64,000 nt of DNA from NCBI GenBank assembly GCA_963789005.1, contig CAWBIZ010000008.1, forward strand, positions 15,643 to 79,642. Direction: 5' to 3'. This document shows positions 8,435 through 20,275 of the stretch, one piece after another. Position 1 is the stretch's first letter. Every line of letters begins with the position of its first letter. The translations under genes and the position numbers were made by a program. The notes under the pieces were generated by a model. It had not been told where the DNA came from. It was given only the letters and a program-made list of their open reading frames with translations, and ran no database searches. The DNA comes from an uncultured Solirubrobacteraceae bacterium (lineage in GTDB: Bacteria > Actinomycetota > Thermoleophilia > Solirubrobacterales > Solirubrobacteraceae).

Positions 8435-9949
8435 ATGAGAAGGCTTCTTGTTCCTGCAATCGTCTCGCTCGGCTTGGTCGTCGGTGCTTCGCCGGCGCAG
8501 GCGGGGCCGTTCGCGCTCGGCCCCACGCACACTGCCTCGGGCCTCAGCCCGTTCGCGCCCGGGTGCGGCGGTCCCGGGGAGGCGAGCGCCGGCAGTGTCC
8601 TCTACCAGAACGCCGAGGTGGAGACGCACGTAGCCGTCAATCCGACGAACGCCGACAACGTCGTCGCGTACTGGCAACAGGACCGCTGGAACGACGGCGG
8701 GTCGCACGGGAACCTCGCCGGCTACTCGCTCAACGGTGGCGCGAGCTGGGCGTACAGCGCACCGCGCTTCTCGCGCTGCTCGGGCGGAGCCGGTCTGGGC
8801 AACGCCGGCGACTATCAGCGGGCGACGGACCCGTGGCTCTCCTTCGGCCCGAACGGCCGACTGCACGCGGTCGGACTCGTCTTCGACAACTCGACGCCGC
8901 GCAACGCGGTCCTGGCCGCGTTCTCGGACGACGGCGGGGCGACCTGGAGCCTGCCGCGCATCGTCCAGTTCGACAACCCGCGCGCGCTCGGCAACAACTT
9001 CAACGACAAGGAGACGCTGACCGCGGATCCGTTGGACTCCTCGCTCGTCTATGCCACCTGGCAGCGAATCGTGTCGCCGAGCGAACGGGCGTCGCAGAAG
9101 GGGTACGAGAACGCGTTCAGCTGGTACTCGGAGGCCTACTTCGCCCGCTCGACCAACGGCGGTCAGTCGTGGGAGCCCGCGCGCGCGATCTTCACGCCGC
9201 GTGGCAGGCACGTGCAGACGATCGGCAACATGGTCGAGGTCCTTCCCGACGGGACGCTGATCAACGGCTTCAACCTGATCCAGGCCAGCAACCGCCAGGG
9301 GATGCGGGGCTACAACGTCGCGCTGGTGCGGTCCCCCGACAAGGGCGTGACGTGGTCCGACGTCATCGTCGTCGACGGGCTGCGCTCCGACGAGGTGAGC
9401 GATCCCGACGACGGTCACGACGTCCGTACGGGCGACATCCTGCCGGACTGGGCGGTCGATCGGAGCACGAACCCGGCGACACGCGGCAACGTCTACGTGG
9501 TCTGGATGGACACGCGCTTCAACGACCCCGACCACAACGACGTCCTGCTGGCCCGCTCGACCAACGGCGGCCTGACCTGGGACGCGCCCGTCGTGGTCGA
9601 CCGCACCCCGAGCGGGGTGGACGCCTTCACGCCGATGGTCGACGTCGACTCGTCAGGCCGCGTCGCGGTGACCTACTACGACTTCCGCCGTGACGTTGCC
9701 GGGGACACCGCGCTGTCGACCGACTTCTGGGCGGCTCACTCCCACAACGGAGGCGTGTCGTTCTCGGACGAAGACCTGCTGACGCCCGTGCCGTTCGACA
9801 TGCGCACCGCGCCGGACGCCGGCGGCTACTTCGTCGGCGACTACACCGGACTGGACCACTTCGGCACCACGTTCCACCCGACGTGGGTCGGGGCCAACGA
9901 CGGAGACCTCGCAAACCGCACCGACGTCTTCCACCGGACGGCGGGATAG
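8435..9949 (+). CDS. Secreted BNR/Asp-box repeat (sialidase-fold) protein
   Basis: Signal peptide MRRLLVPAIVSLGLVVGASPAQA. Five Asp-box-like repeats: SDDGGATWS, STNGGQSWE, SPDKGVTWS, STNGGLTWD, SHNGGVSFS. Confidence 0.8.
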   Translation: MRRLLVPAIVSLGLVVGASPAQAGPFALGPTHTASGLSPFAPGCGGPGEASAGSVLYQNAEVETHVAVNPTNADNVVAYWQQDRWNDGGSHGNLAGYSLNGGASWAYSAPRFSRCSGGAGLGNAGDYQRATDPWLSFGPNGRLHAVGLVFDNSTPRNAVLAAFSDDGGATWSLPRIVQFDNPRALGNNFNDKETLTADPLDSSLVYATWQRIVSPSERASQKGYENAFSWYSEAYFARSTNGGQSWEPARAIFTPRGRHVQTIGNMVEVLPDGTLINGFNLIQASNRQGMRGYNVALVRSPDKGVTWSDVIVVDGLRSDEVSDPDDGHDVRTGDILPDWAVDRSTNPATRGNVYVVWMDTRFNDPDHNDVLLARSTNGGLTWDAPVVVDRTPSGVDAFTPMVDVDSSGRVAVTYYDFRRDVAGDTALSTDFWAAHSHNGGVSFSDEDLLTPVPFDMRTAPDAGGYFVGDYTGLDHFGTTFHPTWVGANDGDLANRTDVFHRTAG

Positions 9950-9960
9950 GCGCAGAAGCC

Positions 9961-9989
9961 GGGCCGCCGCGGCGAGTCCGCGGCGGCCC
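9961..9989 (+). terminator. GC-rich hairpin downstream of the BNR gene
   Basis: 12-bp perfect stem GGGCCGCCGCGG / CCGCGGCGGCCC with loop CGAGT, 12 nt after the stop. No T-tract follows. Confidence 0.45.
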
Positions 9990-11010
9990 GCCCGACTTCA
10001 CCGATCGCGACGCCGAGGTCGACGAGGCACCCGCCGCTCTCAGGGTTCAGCTTCGCGGCCGGCCCGGCAAACGGGATCGCCCGCGCCGTCGGCGTCGCGC
10101 TCGGACTACGTGCATGGAGGCTGCGAGCCGAGCCTTCGTTGGCGCGGTCGCTGGCCGTCGGCGCGTGGCTCGTCGGCGGCGCCTGGGCGGCGGCTCGGGA
10201 GAGGTCCCGCTCTGCTGACTCAGGTGGTGAAGCCGAGGATGAGCTGCCCGGTTTCGAGCGGGACGTCGTGCTGTGGGGCGTGGCCGACGCCCTCCAGCTC
10301 GACCCAGTCGGCGTGAGGGAGCCAGTCGGTGCGGTAGCGGGCGGCGGCGGCCGGCCAGGGGAGGAGCCGGTCCGCGGTTCCCCAGACGATCCGTACGGGG
10401 CAGGCGATGAGCTCCGCGTCGATGCTCCAGCCCTCACGGAGCGCGTTCTCGATCAGCGCGGGCGCTCCCTCGGTTGCGGCGACGGCGCGCAACTGGTGCG
10501 CGAGCAGGTCGGCGGGGATGTGCTCGAAGCGCTCGGTCAGCAGCGCCGTCGCGCGGCGGCGGCCCTCGGTCGACGCGAGGATGGCCTCGGCGTGCGGCGC
10601 CGCGGCCTTCGCCTGCTCGAGCAGCGCCGCCTGGAAGCCCAGCAGCTCGCGGTACGAGTCGTCGCCCGACGCCCAGCCGCCGGCCGGGGCCAGCGCGACG
10701 ACGGTCCGGGCCCGCCCGCGGGCGGCGAGCTGGAGCGCCACGTAGCCGCCGAGCGAGTTGCCGACCAGGTGCGCGGTCTCGAGCCCGGCCTCGTCCATCG
10801 CCCGCTCAGCCTCGTCGACGACCGCCGCCGCCGGATCGCCTTCAAGCGGCGGCCCGCCGGCATGGCCGGCGAGCGTCACCGCGAGGACTTCGTGCCGCCG
10901 CTCGAGCGCTGGCAACACGAGCTCCCACGTCCGCCATGTGTCCAGGAAGCCATGCAGGCACACCAGGGGCGGCCCTGAGCCGCCCCGATGCGCTGGTGTA
11001 AACGTAAGAG

Positions 11011-13881
<2,871 letters not shown>

Positions 13882-14188
13882 CGAGAAGCTCCTTCTCTGC
13901 TGTGGCCCGCTGGCCGTTCGGCGAAAACTGTGGGCCGACGAGTTTCGAGGTCGCTTCGGACGGACTCGATGCGGTGTCGTCAGCGACCGCGGAACGAGCA
14001 GGAAATCGCCTCTAATTCTACCGCGTCGAGGCCGTCATCGGGCCTCGTACGGAGGCGCCGATGCGCTCGATCTCGTGCTCGCTGTCGCCGTGATGCTCGG
14101 GCGAACGTCAACGGCGGCTGGGTAGGGAGGTTGGGGTGCCGGCCGTGTTGGTCGGCCTCGGGGCGGGGCGGCGGTCAAGCCGGGATTA

Positions 14189-14349
14189 CGTGTATCCGGG
14201 TGAGCCTCGCTTCGCCCGAATCCACGTAAATGCTCTAGACGAGCACAAAGGTGGATCTCGATGATCGCCAGCTCGCCGAAATCCACGCAACACCGGCTTG
14301 ACGGCACATTCGGTGTATCTCGACGATCCGCTCGGCGCCGAGATACACC
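14189..14349. repeat. Three phased 38-bp imperfect palindromes (REP-like or operator array)
   Basis: Units at 14189-14226, 14250-14287 and 14312-14349. Consensus sGTGkATCyCG..GAkC...CGCC.rArATmCACs. Unit C has a perfect 11-bp inverted repeat GGTGTATCTCG/CGAGATACACC. Spacing is 61 and 62 bp. By hand count, pairwise identity is 24/38 (A vs B) and 26/38 (B vs C). Confidence 0.6.
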
Positions 14350-14426
14350 TAACTCCCCTTCCTCGACGCAGCGGAAGGCTCCCAAGCTCCCCTACCCAGC
14401 GCAGTTGACGTCCGGGCCGGCGCGGC

Positions 14427-15260
14427 TCAGCGGCCGAGGCGGAGCCAGTCGGAGAAGTCTCCCCAGGCTCCCGTGGTGCGGTAGGCGGCCTCCCGCCAGG
14501 CGTGGCCCCAGCCCGCCAACCGACCACCGCGGCGCGCGGCGAGCGCCGATGCTCCCGTCAGGCCGAGCCCGAGCAGGGCGGCTGCGAGCAGGAGTGCCGG
14601 GACGAGCAGGTTGCTGTCGCCCGGGCGGGTGACGGCGAGCTGGGGCTCGACCGGTGGCGGGACCGCGGTCGGGGTGGGCTGGACAGGGGCGACCTCCCCC
14701 TCGGTCGGCGGGGCGGGCTCGGGGTCGCGCGGCGGCGGGTCGTCGTTGCCGCCTCCGCCTCCACCGCCGAAGTCGGGCACGTCGCCGGAGTCGGGATTCG
14801 ACGGCGGCGGGGCGGGCACGGGCGTCGGGTCCGGGGTCGTCTGCGGCGCAGGGGTCGGCGTCGGCGTCTCCTCCGCCTCCGCCTCTTCCTCCTCGCAGCG
14901 CCGCACTTCCTCGGGGTAGTCCTCGATCGCCGCCTCGAGCGTCGGCTTGAACTCCGGGTAGTCGACGTCGTAGAGGTCGTCGACGGAGCGCAGCGTGCGC
15001 TTGAGCGCGAGCCGCTTGTGCACGCACGTCTTGAGCTCGCCGTCCGCCTCGTAGTCGCGGTAGACACGCTTGACGTCCTTGCGCTTGCGCAGCTCCGCCT
15101 GCTTGACCTCACGCGGCGTCGGCGTCGGTTCCGGCGTGACGGTCGGCGCGGGCGTCGCGTTCGGATCGGGAGTGGGCGGCGGCTGCTCTTGCGCCGCGGC
15201 GGGAGCCGCGAGCGCGACGACGATCGCCGCCACGGCCAGCACAAGCAGGCGCACGCGCAT
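14427..15260 (-). CDS. Proline-rich secreted protein with C-terminal membrane anchor (hypothetical)
   Basis: Signal peptide MRVRLLVLAVAAIVVALAAPAAAQ, Pro/Thr/Glu-rich low-complexity tracts, and a C-terminal hydrophobic segment LLVPALLLAAALLGLGLTGASAL. High GC3. Confidence 0.65.
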   Translation of the reverse strand: MRVRLLVLAVAAIVVALAAPAAAQEQPPPTPDPNATPAPTVTPEPTPTPREVKQAELRKRKDVKRVYRDYEADGELKTCVHKRLALKRTLRSVDDLYDVDYPEFKPTLEAAIEDYPEEVRRCEEEEAEAEETPTPTPAPQTTPDPTPVPAPPPSNPDSGDVPDFGGGGGGGNDDPPPRDPEPAPPTEGEVAPVQPTPTAVPPPVEPQLAVTRPGDSNLLVPALLLAAALLGLGLTGASALAARRGGRLAGWGHAWREAAYRTTGAWGDFSDWLRLGR

Positions 15261-15294
15261 GGGACCTCAGGGTAGCTGCCATCATGCCGCGCCC

Positions 15295-16263
15295 ATGAGG
15301 CTCCTGGTCACGGGCGGCGCGGGGTACATCGGCTCGATCGTGGCCCAGCAGCTGCTCGACGCCGGCCACGACGTGACGATCCTCGACGACCTCTCCCGCG
15401 GCCACCGCGAGGCGGTCCCCGACCAGGCGGAGCTGGCCGAGGTCGACCTGCTCGACGAGCCCGCCGTCCACAAAACCCTCGCCCAGGGCTTCGACGCCGT
15501 CATGCACTTCGCCTCGCTCGCGCTCGTGGCCGAGTCCGTCGCGCATCCGGAGCGCTACCACCGCACCAACCACGTCGGCGCGATCAACCTGCTCGACGCC
15601 ATGCGCGCCGCCGACGTCCGCCGCCTGGTCTTCTCCTCCACGTGCGCCGTCTACGGCGAGCCCGACGAGGTGCCCATGCACGAGGACATCTCCGCCGCGC
15701 CGGTCAACGCGTACGGCAACTCCAAGCTCGCGATCGACCGCATGATCGCCGACGAGGCCCGCGCCCACGGGCTCGCCGCCGCCTCGCTCAGGTACTTCAA
15801 CGTCGCCGGCGCGTACGGCCATCTGGGAGAGGACCACGACCCGGAGACGCACCTGATCCCGCTCGTGCTGCGCGCCGCCGCCGGCAAGACCGACCACGTG
15901 AAGGTCTTCGGCACCGACTATCCGACACGCGACGGCACCGCGGTGCGCGACTACATCCACGTCGACGACCTCGGCCGCGCGCACATCCTCGCGCTCGAGG
16001 CGACCGAGCCCGGCCGCCACGCGATCTACAACCTCGGCACCGGCGACGGCTCGACCGTGCGCGAGGTGATCGAGGCCGCCCGCCGCGTGACCGGAGCGCC
16101 GATCGAGGTCCGGGAGGAGCCCCGCCGCCCCGGCGACCCGCCCGCGCTGGTGGCCTCGAGCGAGAAGATCCGCGACGACCTCGGCTGGGTGCCGGAGAAG
16201 GGCCTCGACGACATGATCGCCGACGCCTGGGCCTGGCACCAGGCGCACCCCGACGGCTACTGA
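15295..16263 (+). CDS. galE: UDP-glucose 4-epimerase
   Basis: MRLLVTGGAGYIGS Rossmann start, YGNSK catalytic YxxxK, and DYIHVDDL. Start ATG 15295 lies inside ORF 15070..16263. Confidence 0.92.
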   Translation: MRLLVTGGAGYIGSIVAQQLLDAGHDVTILDDLSRGHREAVPDQAELAEVDLLDEPAVHKTLAQGFDAVMHFASLALVAESVAHPERYHRTNHVGAINLLDAMRAADVRRLVFSSTCAVYGEPDEVPMHEDISAAPVNAYGNSKLAIDRMIADEARAHGLAAASLRYFNVAGAYGHLGEDHDPETHLIPLVLRAAAGKTDHVKVFGTDYPTRDGTAVRDYIHVDDLGRAHILALEATEPGRHAIYNLGTGDGSTVREVIEAARRVTGAPIEVREEPRRPGDPPALVASSEKIRDDLGWVPEKGLDDMIADAWAWHQAHPDGY

Positions 16264-16838
16264 AGGTGCGCCAGCGCCTCGGCCAGCACCGCGTCGGGCG
16301 GCTGCGAGGCGTCGAGCACGACGAAGCGCTCCGGCTCGGCGGCCGCCAGCTCGTCGTAGGCCGCGGCGACCGCGGCGAAGAAGTCCACGCCCGCCTGCTC
16401 CAGCCGGTCCGCCGGGCGCCCCGAGATCCGCGCCAGCCCGGCGACCGGGTCGATCCGCAGCAGCAGCGTCCGGTCGGGCACCAGCCCGCCGGTGCCGAAC
16501 GCGTTCAGCGCCCGGATCTCCTCCACGCCCAGGCCGCGCCCCGCCCCCTGGTAGGCGAGCGAGGAGTCGACGAAGCGGTCGAGCAGCACGGTCGCCCCGC
16601 GAGCGAGCAGCGGCTGCAGCTGCTCAGCCACCAGCTGCGCCCGCGCAGCGGCATACAGAAGCGCCTCCGCGCGCGGGTCGATCTCCAGCGAAGGGTCGGC
16701 GAGCAGCGCCCGGATCCGCTCGGCGACCTCGACGCCCCCCGGCTCCCGCAGCACGACCAGGGGGCCGAGCGCGGCGTCCAGCCCCTCGATCAGCGTCGTC
16801 TTGCCCGCTCCATCCAGCCCTTCGACCGTGATCAGCAC
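16257..16838 (-). CDS. tmk: dTMP (thymidylate) kinase
   Basis: MLITVEGLDGAGKTT P-loop, DRFVDSSLAYQG, 193 aa. Confidence 0.92.
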   Translation of the reverse strand: MLITVEGLDGAGKTTLIEGLDAALGPLVVLREPGGVEVAERIRALLADPSLEIDPRAEALLYAAARAQLVAEQLQPLLARGATVLLDRFVDSSLAYQGAGRGLGVEEIRALNAFGTGGLVPDRTLLLRIDPVAGLARISGRPADRLEQAGVDFFAAVAAAYDELAAAEPERFVVLDASQPPDAVLAEALAHLQ

Positions 16839-16900
16839 GCCCCGGATCTAAGCGCAGATCGTCCGCCGTGCCGACCATCGGTGCATCTACGCTGATCTCG

Positions 16901-17959
16901 ATGCTCGACCAGCACCCCCACGCGGCAGCGGTGCTCGGCGCGGCCCTGAAGGACCGTCCCGCGCACGCGTACCTGCTGCACGGGCCCGCCGGCTCGGGCA
17001 AGCGCGACGCCGCGCGCGAGTTCGCGGCCCAACTGCTGGCGAGCGACGAGTCCGCGCGCACGCGCGTGATGCACGGCGCCCATCCCGACCTCACCTGGGT
17101 GGCGCCGTCGGGCGCCCACGAGATGTTGCGGCGCGACGTCCAGGAGACGGTCGTCAACGCCGCGTCGCACACGCCGTTCGAGGCGCCCCACCGCGTGTTC
17201 GTGCTCGAGCGCGCCGACACGATGAACGACGAGGCGGCCAACGCGCTGCTCAAGACGCTCGAGGAGCCGCCGCCGTACGTCGTGCTCCTGCTGCTGACCG
17301 ACAACCCGTCGCAGGTGCTGCCGACGATCGCCTCGCGCTGCCAGCCCGTGCGCTTCGACCCGCTGCCGGCGGCCGAGCTCGCCGCTCGCATACAGGCCCG
17401 CCAGGTCCCGCCGGAGACCGCCATCGCCTGCGCGCGGCTCTCGCTCGGCGACGGCGAGCGGGCGCTGGCGATGGCGCTCGAGCCCGAGCTTCGCACCCGC
17501 GCGGAGGCCTTCGCCCGCGCGCCGCTGCACCACCGGCCGCTCGCCGCCGATGCGCTGCTCGAGCAGGCCCGCGCCGCGGGCGCGCGGGCGCGCGAGACGG
17601 TCGAGGCCGCGCTGGCCGAGGAGCTCGAGTACCTGCCCAAGAAGGAGCACAAGCGCCGCTCCACCGAGCTCGACGAGCGCGCTCGCCGGGCGGAGCGCCG
17701 AGCCGCGACGCAAGCGCTCGAGCACGCGCTCCAGCTCGCCGGCCTCTGGTACCGCGACCTCGCCTGCGTGGCCGCGGGGGCGGAGGAGCTCGCCTACAAC
17801 GCCGACCGGCTCGACGCCCTGCGCGAGGACGCCGCCCTGCGCGATCGCAACGCGTGGCTGCGAGCGGTCGAGCTCGTCGACGACACCCGCGCTCGGCTGC
17901 CGCTCAACGTCAGCGAGCCGCTCGCGCTCGAGGCGCTCGCCTACCGGCTCGAGGGCTGA
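16901..17959 (+). CDS. holB: DNA polymerase III delta-prime subunit
   Basis: Motifs HAYLLHGPAGSGKRDAAREFA and ANALLKTLEEPP. Start placed at ATG 16901 (MLDQHPH...) because codons 16868-16900 have low GC3. Confidence 0.85.
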   Translation: MLDQHPHAAAVLGAALKDRPAHAYLLHGPAGSGKRDAAREFAAQLLASDESARTRVMHGAHPDLTWVAPSGAHEMLRRDVQETVVNAASHTPFEAPHRVFVLERADTMNDEAANALLKTLEEPPPYVVLLLLTDNPSQVLPTIASRCQPVRFDPLPAAELAARIQARQVPPETAIACARLSLGDGERALAMALEPELRTRAEAFARAPLHHRPLAADALLEQARAAGARARETVEAALAEELEYLPKKEHKRRSTELDERARRAERRAATQALEHALQLAGLWYRDLACVAAGAEELAYNADRLDALREDAALRDRNAWLRAVELVDDTRARLPLNVSEPLALEALAYRLEG

Positions 17960-18002
17960 ACGTCAAACTGCGGCCGGGGAGGCGCGGGTACGATCGAGAG
18001 CG

Positions 18003-18908
18003 ATGGAGGACGTCGCCGGCATCGTGCTCGCGGGCGGGCGGTCGAGCCGCATGGGCTCCTCGAAAGCGGCGCTGGAATGGCACGGCTCGACGCTGCTGCG
18101 GCGGGTGACCGGACTTGTCGGACGAGCCGTCGGCGGGCCGGTCGTGGTCGTCCGCGCCCCCGGGCAGGAGCTGCCGCCGCTGGGCCTCGGCGTCGAGGTC
18201 GTCGAGGACGAGCGCGAGGGCCGCGGGCCGCTGCAGGGGCTCGCCGCCGGGCTCGCCGCGCTCGATGGCCGGTTCGAGGCGGCGTACGTGTCGTCGACCG
18301 ACGTCCCGCTCCTGCACCCGGCCTTCGTGCACGCCGTCGCCGCGGCGTTGGACGGCGACGTCGATGTCGCGCTCCCGGTGGTGCACGGCTACCCGCAGCC
18401 GCTGTCAGCCGCCTATCGCGTTGCCCTGCGCCCGCTCGTCGAGGAGCTGCTGGCGGAGGACCGGCTCCGCCCCGCGTTCCTGTTCGAGCGCTGCCGGGTG
18501 CGGCGGCTCGACGATGCGACGCTGCTCGCCGACCGCCGGCTCGCGGCCGCCGATCCCGAGCTCACCTCGGTCCTCAACCTGAACGAGCCGGCGGACGTCG
18601 AAGCCGCCCGGGCGCGGCCTGCGCCGGCAGTGGCGGTCGAGCGCTTCGGCGAGCTGCGCCGGCAGCCCGGCCCGGATCGCGCGAGCGTGAACGCCGCCAC
18701 GCTCGACGCCGCGGCGGCCGCGGCGGGGCTGGAGCTGGGCGAGCGCGTGGTCGGCACCCTCAACGGCGACCGGATCGCGTACGACCCCGAGCTGCCGCTG
18801 GCGGCAGGCGACACGGTCGCGCTGTCGGCGGCCGATGGGTCGCCTAGCGTCCGATCGGGCCCAGCTCCGGCTCGAGCCCGTGGAGCTCGAACGCCCGGAA
18901 CGCGTTGA
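18003..18908 (+). CDS. mobA: Molybdenum cofactor guanylyltransferase MobA with a ~90-aa C-terminal MoaD/ThiS-like extension
   Basis: MEDVAGIVLAGGRSSRMGSSKAALEW is the MobA N-terminus. There is no stop before the C-terminal ...LNGDRIAYDPELPLAAGDTVALSAADG... beta-grasp-like tail. The 3' end overlaps the convergent PHP gene. Confidence 0.8.
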   Translation: MEDVAGIVLAGGRSSRMGSSKAALEWHGSTLLRRVTGLVGRAVGGPVVVVRAPGQELPPLGLGVEVVEDEREGRGPLQGLAAGLAALDGRFEAAYVSSTDVPLLHPAFVHAVAAALDGDVDVALPVVHGYPQPLSAAYRVALRPLVEELLAEDRLRPAFLFERCRVRRLDDATLLADRRLAAADPELTSVLNLNEPADVEAARARPAPAVAVERFGELRRQPGPDRASVNAATLDAAAAAAGLELGERVVGTLNGDRIAYDPELPLAAGDTVALSAADGSPSVRSGPAPARARGARTPGTR

Positions 18909-19704
18909 AGCGCTCGTGCTCAGGGCCGTGGAAGTCCGCCGAGCCGGTCTTGAGCATGCCGGCGGCCGCCTCGTGGAGCACGCGCGTCTGCTCGGCCGTG
19001 TGCGTTGCGTAGAAGCACTCGACGCCGTCCAGCCCGGCGCCGGCGAACTCCCGCAGCGTGGCGAGCGTCTCGTCCGTGCTGTCGATGTCCCAGAACGGGT
19101 GCGCCCAGACCGCGACGCCACCGGCCGCGTGGATGACGTCGATCGCCTCGGTCACGGTCGGGCGGCTGCGGGCGACGTATGCCACAGCGCCGGGGACCAG
19201 GTAGGGCGGGAACAGGGCGCTGCGGCCGTCGATGCCCTCCTCGCGCAGGCGCTCGGCGTTGGCCGGGTGGGCGAGCACCGCGTCGGCCAGATGCGGGCGC
19301 CCGATCGGCTTGCCGGCCGCACGGCGCGCCTCGAGCGGCGACGAGTCGAGCTCGAATCCCAGCTCGCGCAGGCGGTCGGCCATCGCGTCGATGCGGCGCG
19401 CGCGGTCGCCGCGGAAGTCGTGCAGGGCGGCCTTGAACTCGGCGTCATCGTCGTCGATCTCGTAGCCGAGGATGTGCAGGTCCTCGTGTGCCCCGTGGAC
19501 GGCGGACAGCTCGGCGGCCGGCGTCAGGCGGATGCCGTGCTCGCGCGCGGCGTGTCTCGCTTCGTTGACGCCGTCGGTCGTGTCGTGGTCGGAGAGCGCG
19601 AGCAGCTCGACGCCCGCCGCAGCGGCGTGGGCCACCACTTCGGCGGCGGGAAGCGCTCCGTCGGAGTGGATCGAGTGCGACTGGAGGTCGAAGGTTGGCG
19701 GCAT
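18844..19704 (-). CDS. PHP-domain metal-dependent phosphoesterase
   Basis: FDLQSHSIHSDG (HxH motif) near the N-terminus, and later ...ADFHG. Start placed at ATG 19704 (MPPTFDLQSH). Confidence 0.8.
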   Translation of the reverse strand: MPPTFDLQSHSIHSDGALPAAEVVAHAAAAGVELLALSDHDTTDGVNEARHAAREHGIRLTPAAELSAVHGAHEDLHILGYEIDDDDAEFKAALHDFRGDRARRIDAMADRLRELGFELDSSPLEARRAAGKPIGRPHLADAVLAHPANAERLREEGIDGRSALFPPYLVPGAVAYVARSRPTVTEAIDVIHAAGGVAVWAHPFWDIDSTDETLATLREFAGAGLDGVECFYATHTAEQTRVLHEAAAGMLKTGSADFHGPEHERFNAFRAFELHGLEPELGPIGR

Positions 19705-19756
19705 GGGAAGCAAGTGTGGCGGGAAGGATCGGACGTGACCCGACCAGGGAGGAACC

Positions 19757-20275
19757 ATGTCCACCGGATTGATCATCGCCATCGTGGTGATCGCGATCGT
19801 CCTGATCGCGCTCTTCGCGTTCGTTCTGCCGCGCGCCCGCCGTCAGGCGCAGGTCAAGGCTCGTGAACGCGAGCTGCAGAACCGGCGCCAGCAGGTCGCA
19901 GGTGAGAATCGCGCCGAGGCCGAGCAGCGAAAGCGTCAGGCCGAGACCGCCGAGCAGAAGGCACGCATGGCCGAGCAGGAGGCCAAGCGCGAGCGCGCGG
20001 AGGCCGGCATGCACGAGGAGCGCGCCAAGATGCACGAAGAGGGCCGCGCCGACCACGAGCTGATCGACGAGAACGAGCGCCAGCGGTTCGCGGGGACGTC
20101 GGCCGATGCCCAGACTGCGGACGACGACGGCTTTGCCGACCGGTCGACCGGCGCCGAGGCCGAGGGCGATCGCCCGATGCACGAGCCGGACACCGAGTAC
20201 GAGCGAGGCCGCGAGGACGAGCGGCGCTTCGAGCGCCAGGAGGAGTCCGAGCGCCCCGACGTCCGCCGCACCTAG
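19757..20275 (+). CDS. Membrane-anchored, highly charged coiled-coil-like protein (hypothetical)
   Basis: N-terminal TM segment GLIIAIVVIAIVLIALFAFVL, followed by E/R/K/A/Q-rich sequence. High GC3. Confidence 0.6.
   Translation: MSTGLIIAIVVIAIVLIALFAFVLPRARRQAQVKARERELQNRRQQVAGENRAEAEQRKRQAETAEQKARMAEQEAKRERAEAGMHEERAKMHEEGRADHELIDENERQRFAGTSADAQTADDDGFADRSTGAEAEGDRPMHEPDTEYERGREDERRFERQEESERPDVRRT

Noticed and set aside
5660-9693. ORFs 5731..9693(+) of 1320 aa and 5660..8017(-) of 785 aa.
   Set aside because: These are the same kind of artefact. They overlap well-supported EEP, aldehyde dehydrogenase and BNR genes in other frames.
9990-10219. A possible small gene in the 270-bp gap after the BNR gene, for example MEAASRAFVGAV... 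at about 10113.
   Set aside because: GC3 is only moderate, the sequence is Arg-rich and low-complexity, and there is no SD. It more likely is a noncoding spacer.
13882-14426. A cobalamin riboswitch, NrdR boxes or a CRISPR array in the nrdJ upstream gap.
   Set aside because: I could not find a B12-box-like core or 16-bp acaCwAtATaTwGtgt-type palindromes. The three repeats are imperfect, internally palindromic and separated by only 23-24 nt, and there are no cas genes. Without Rfam this rejection is provisional.
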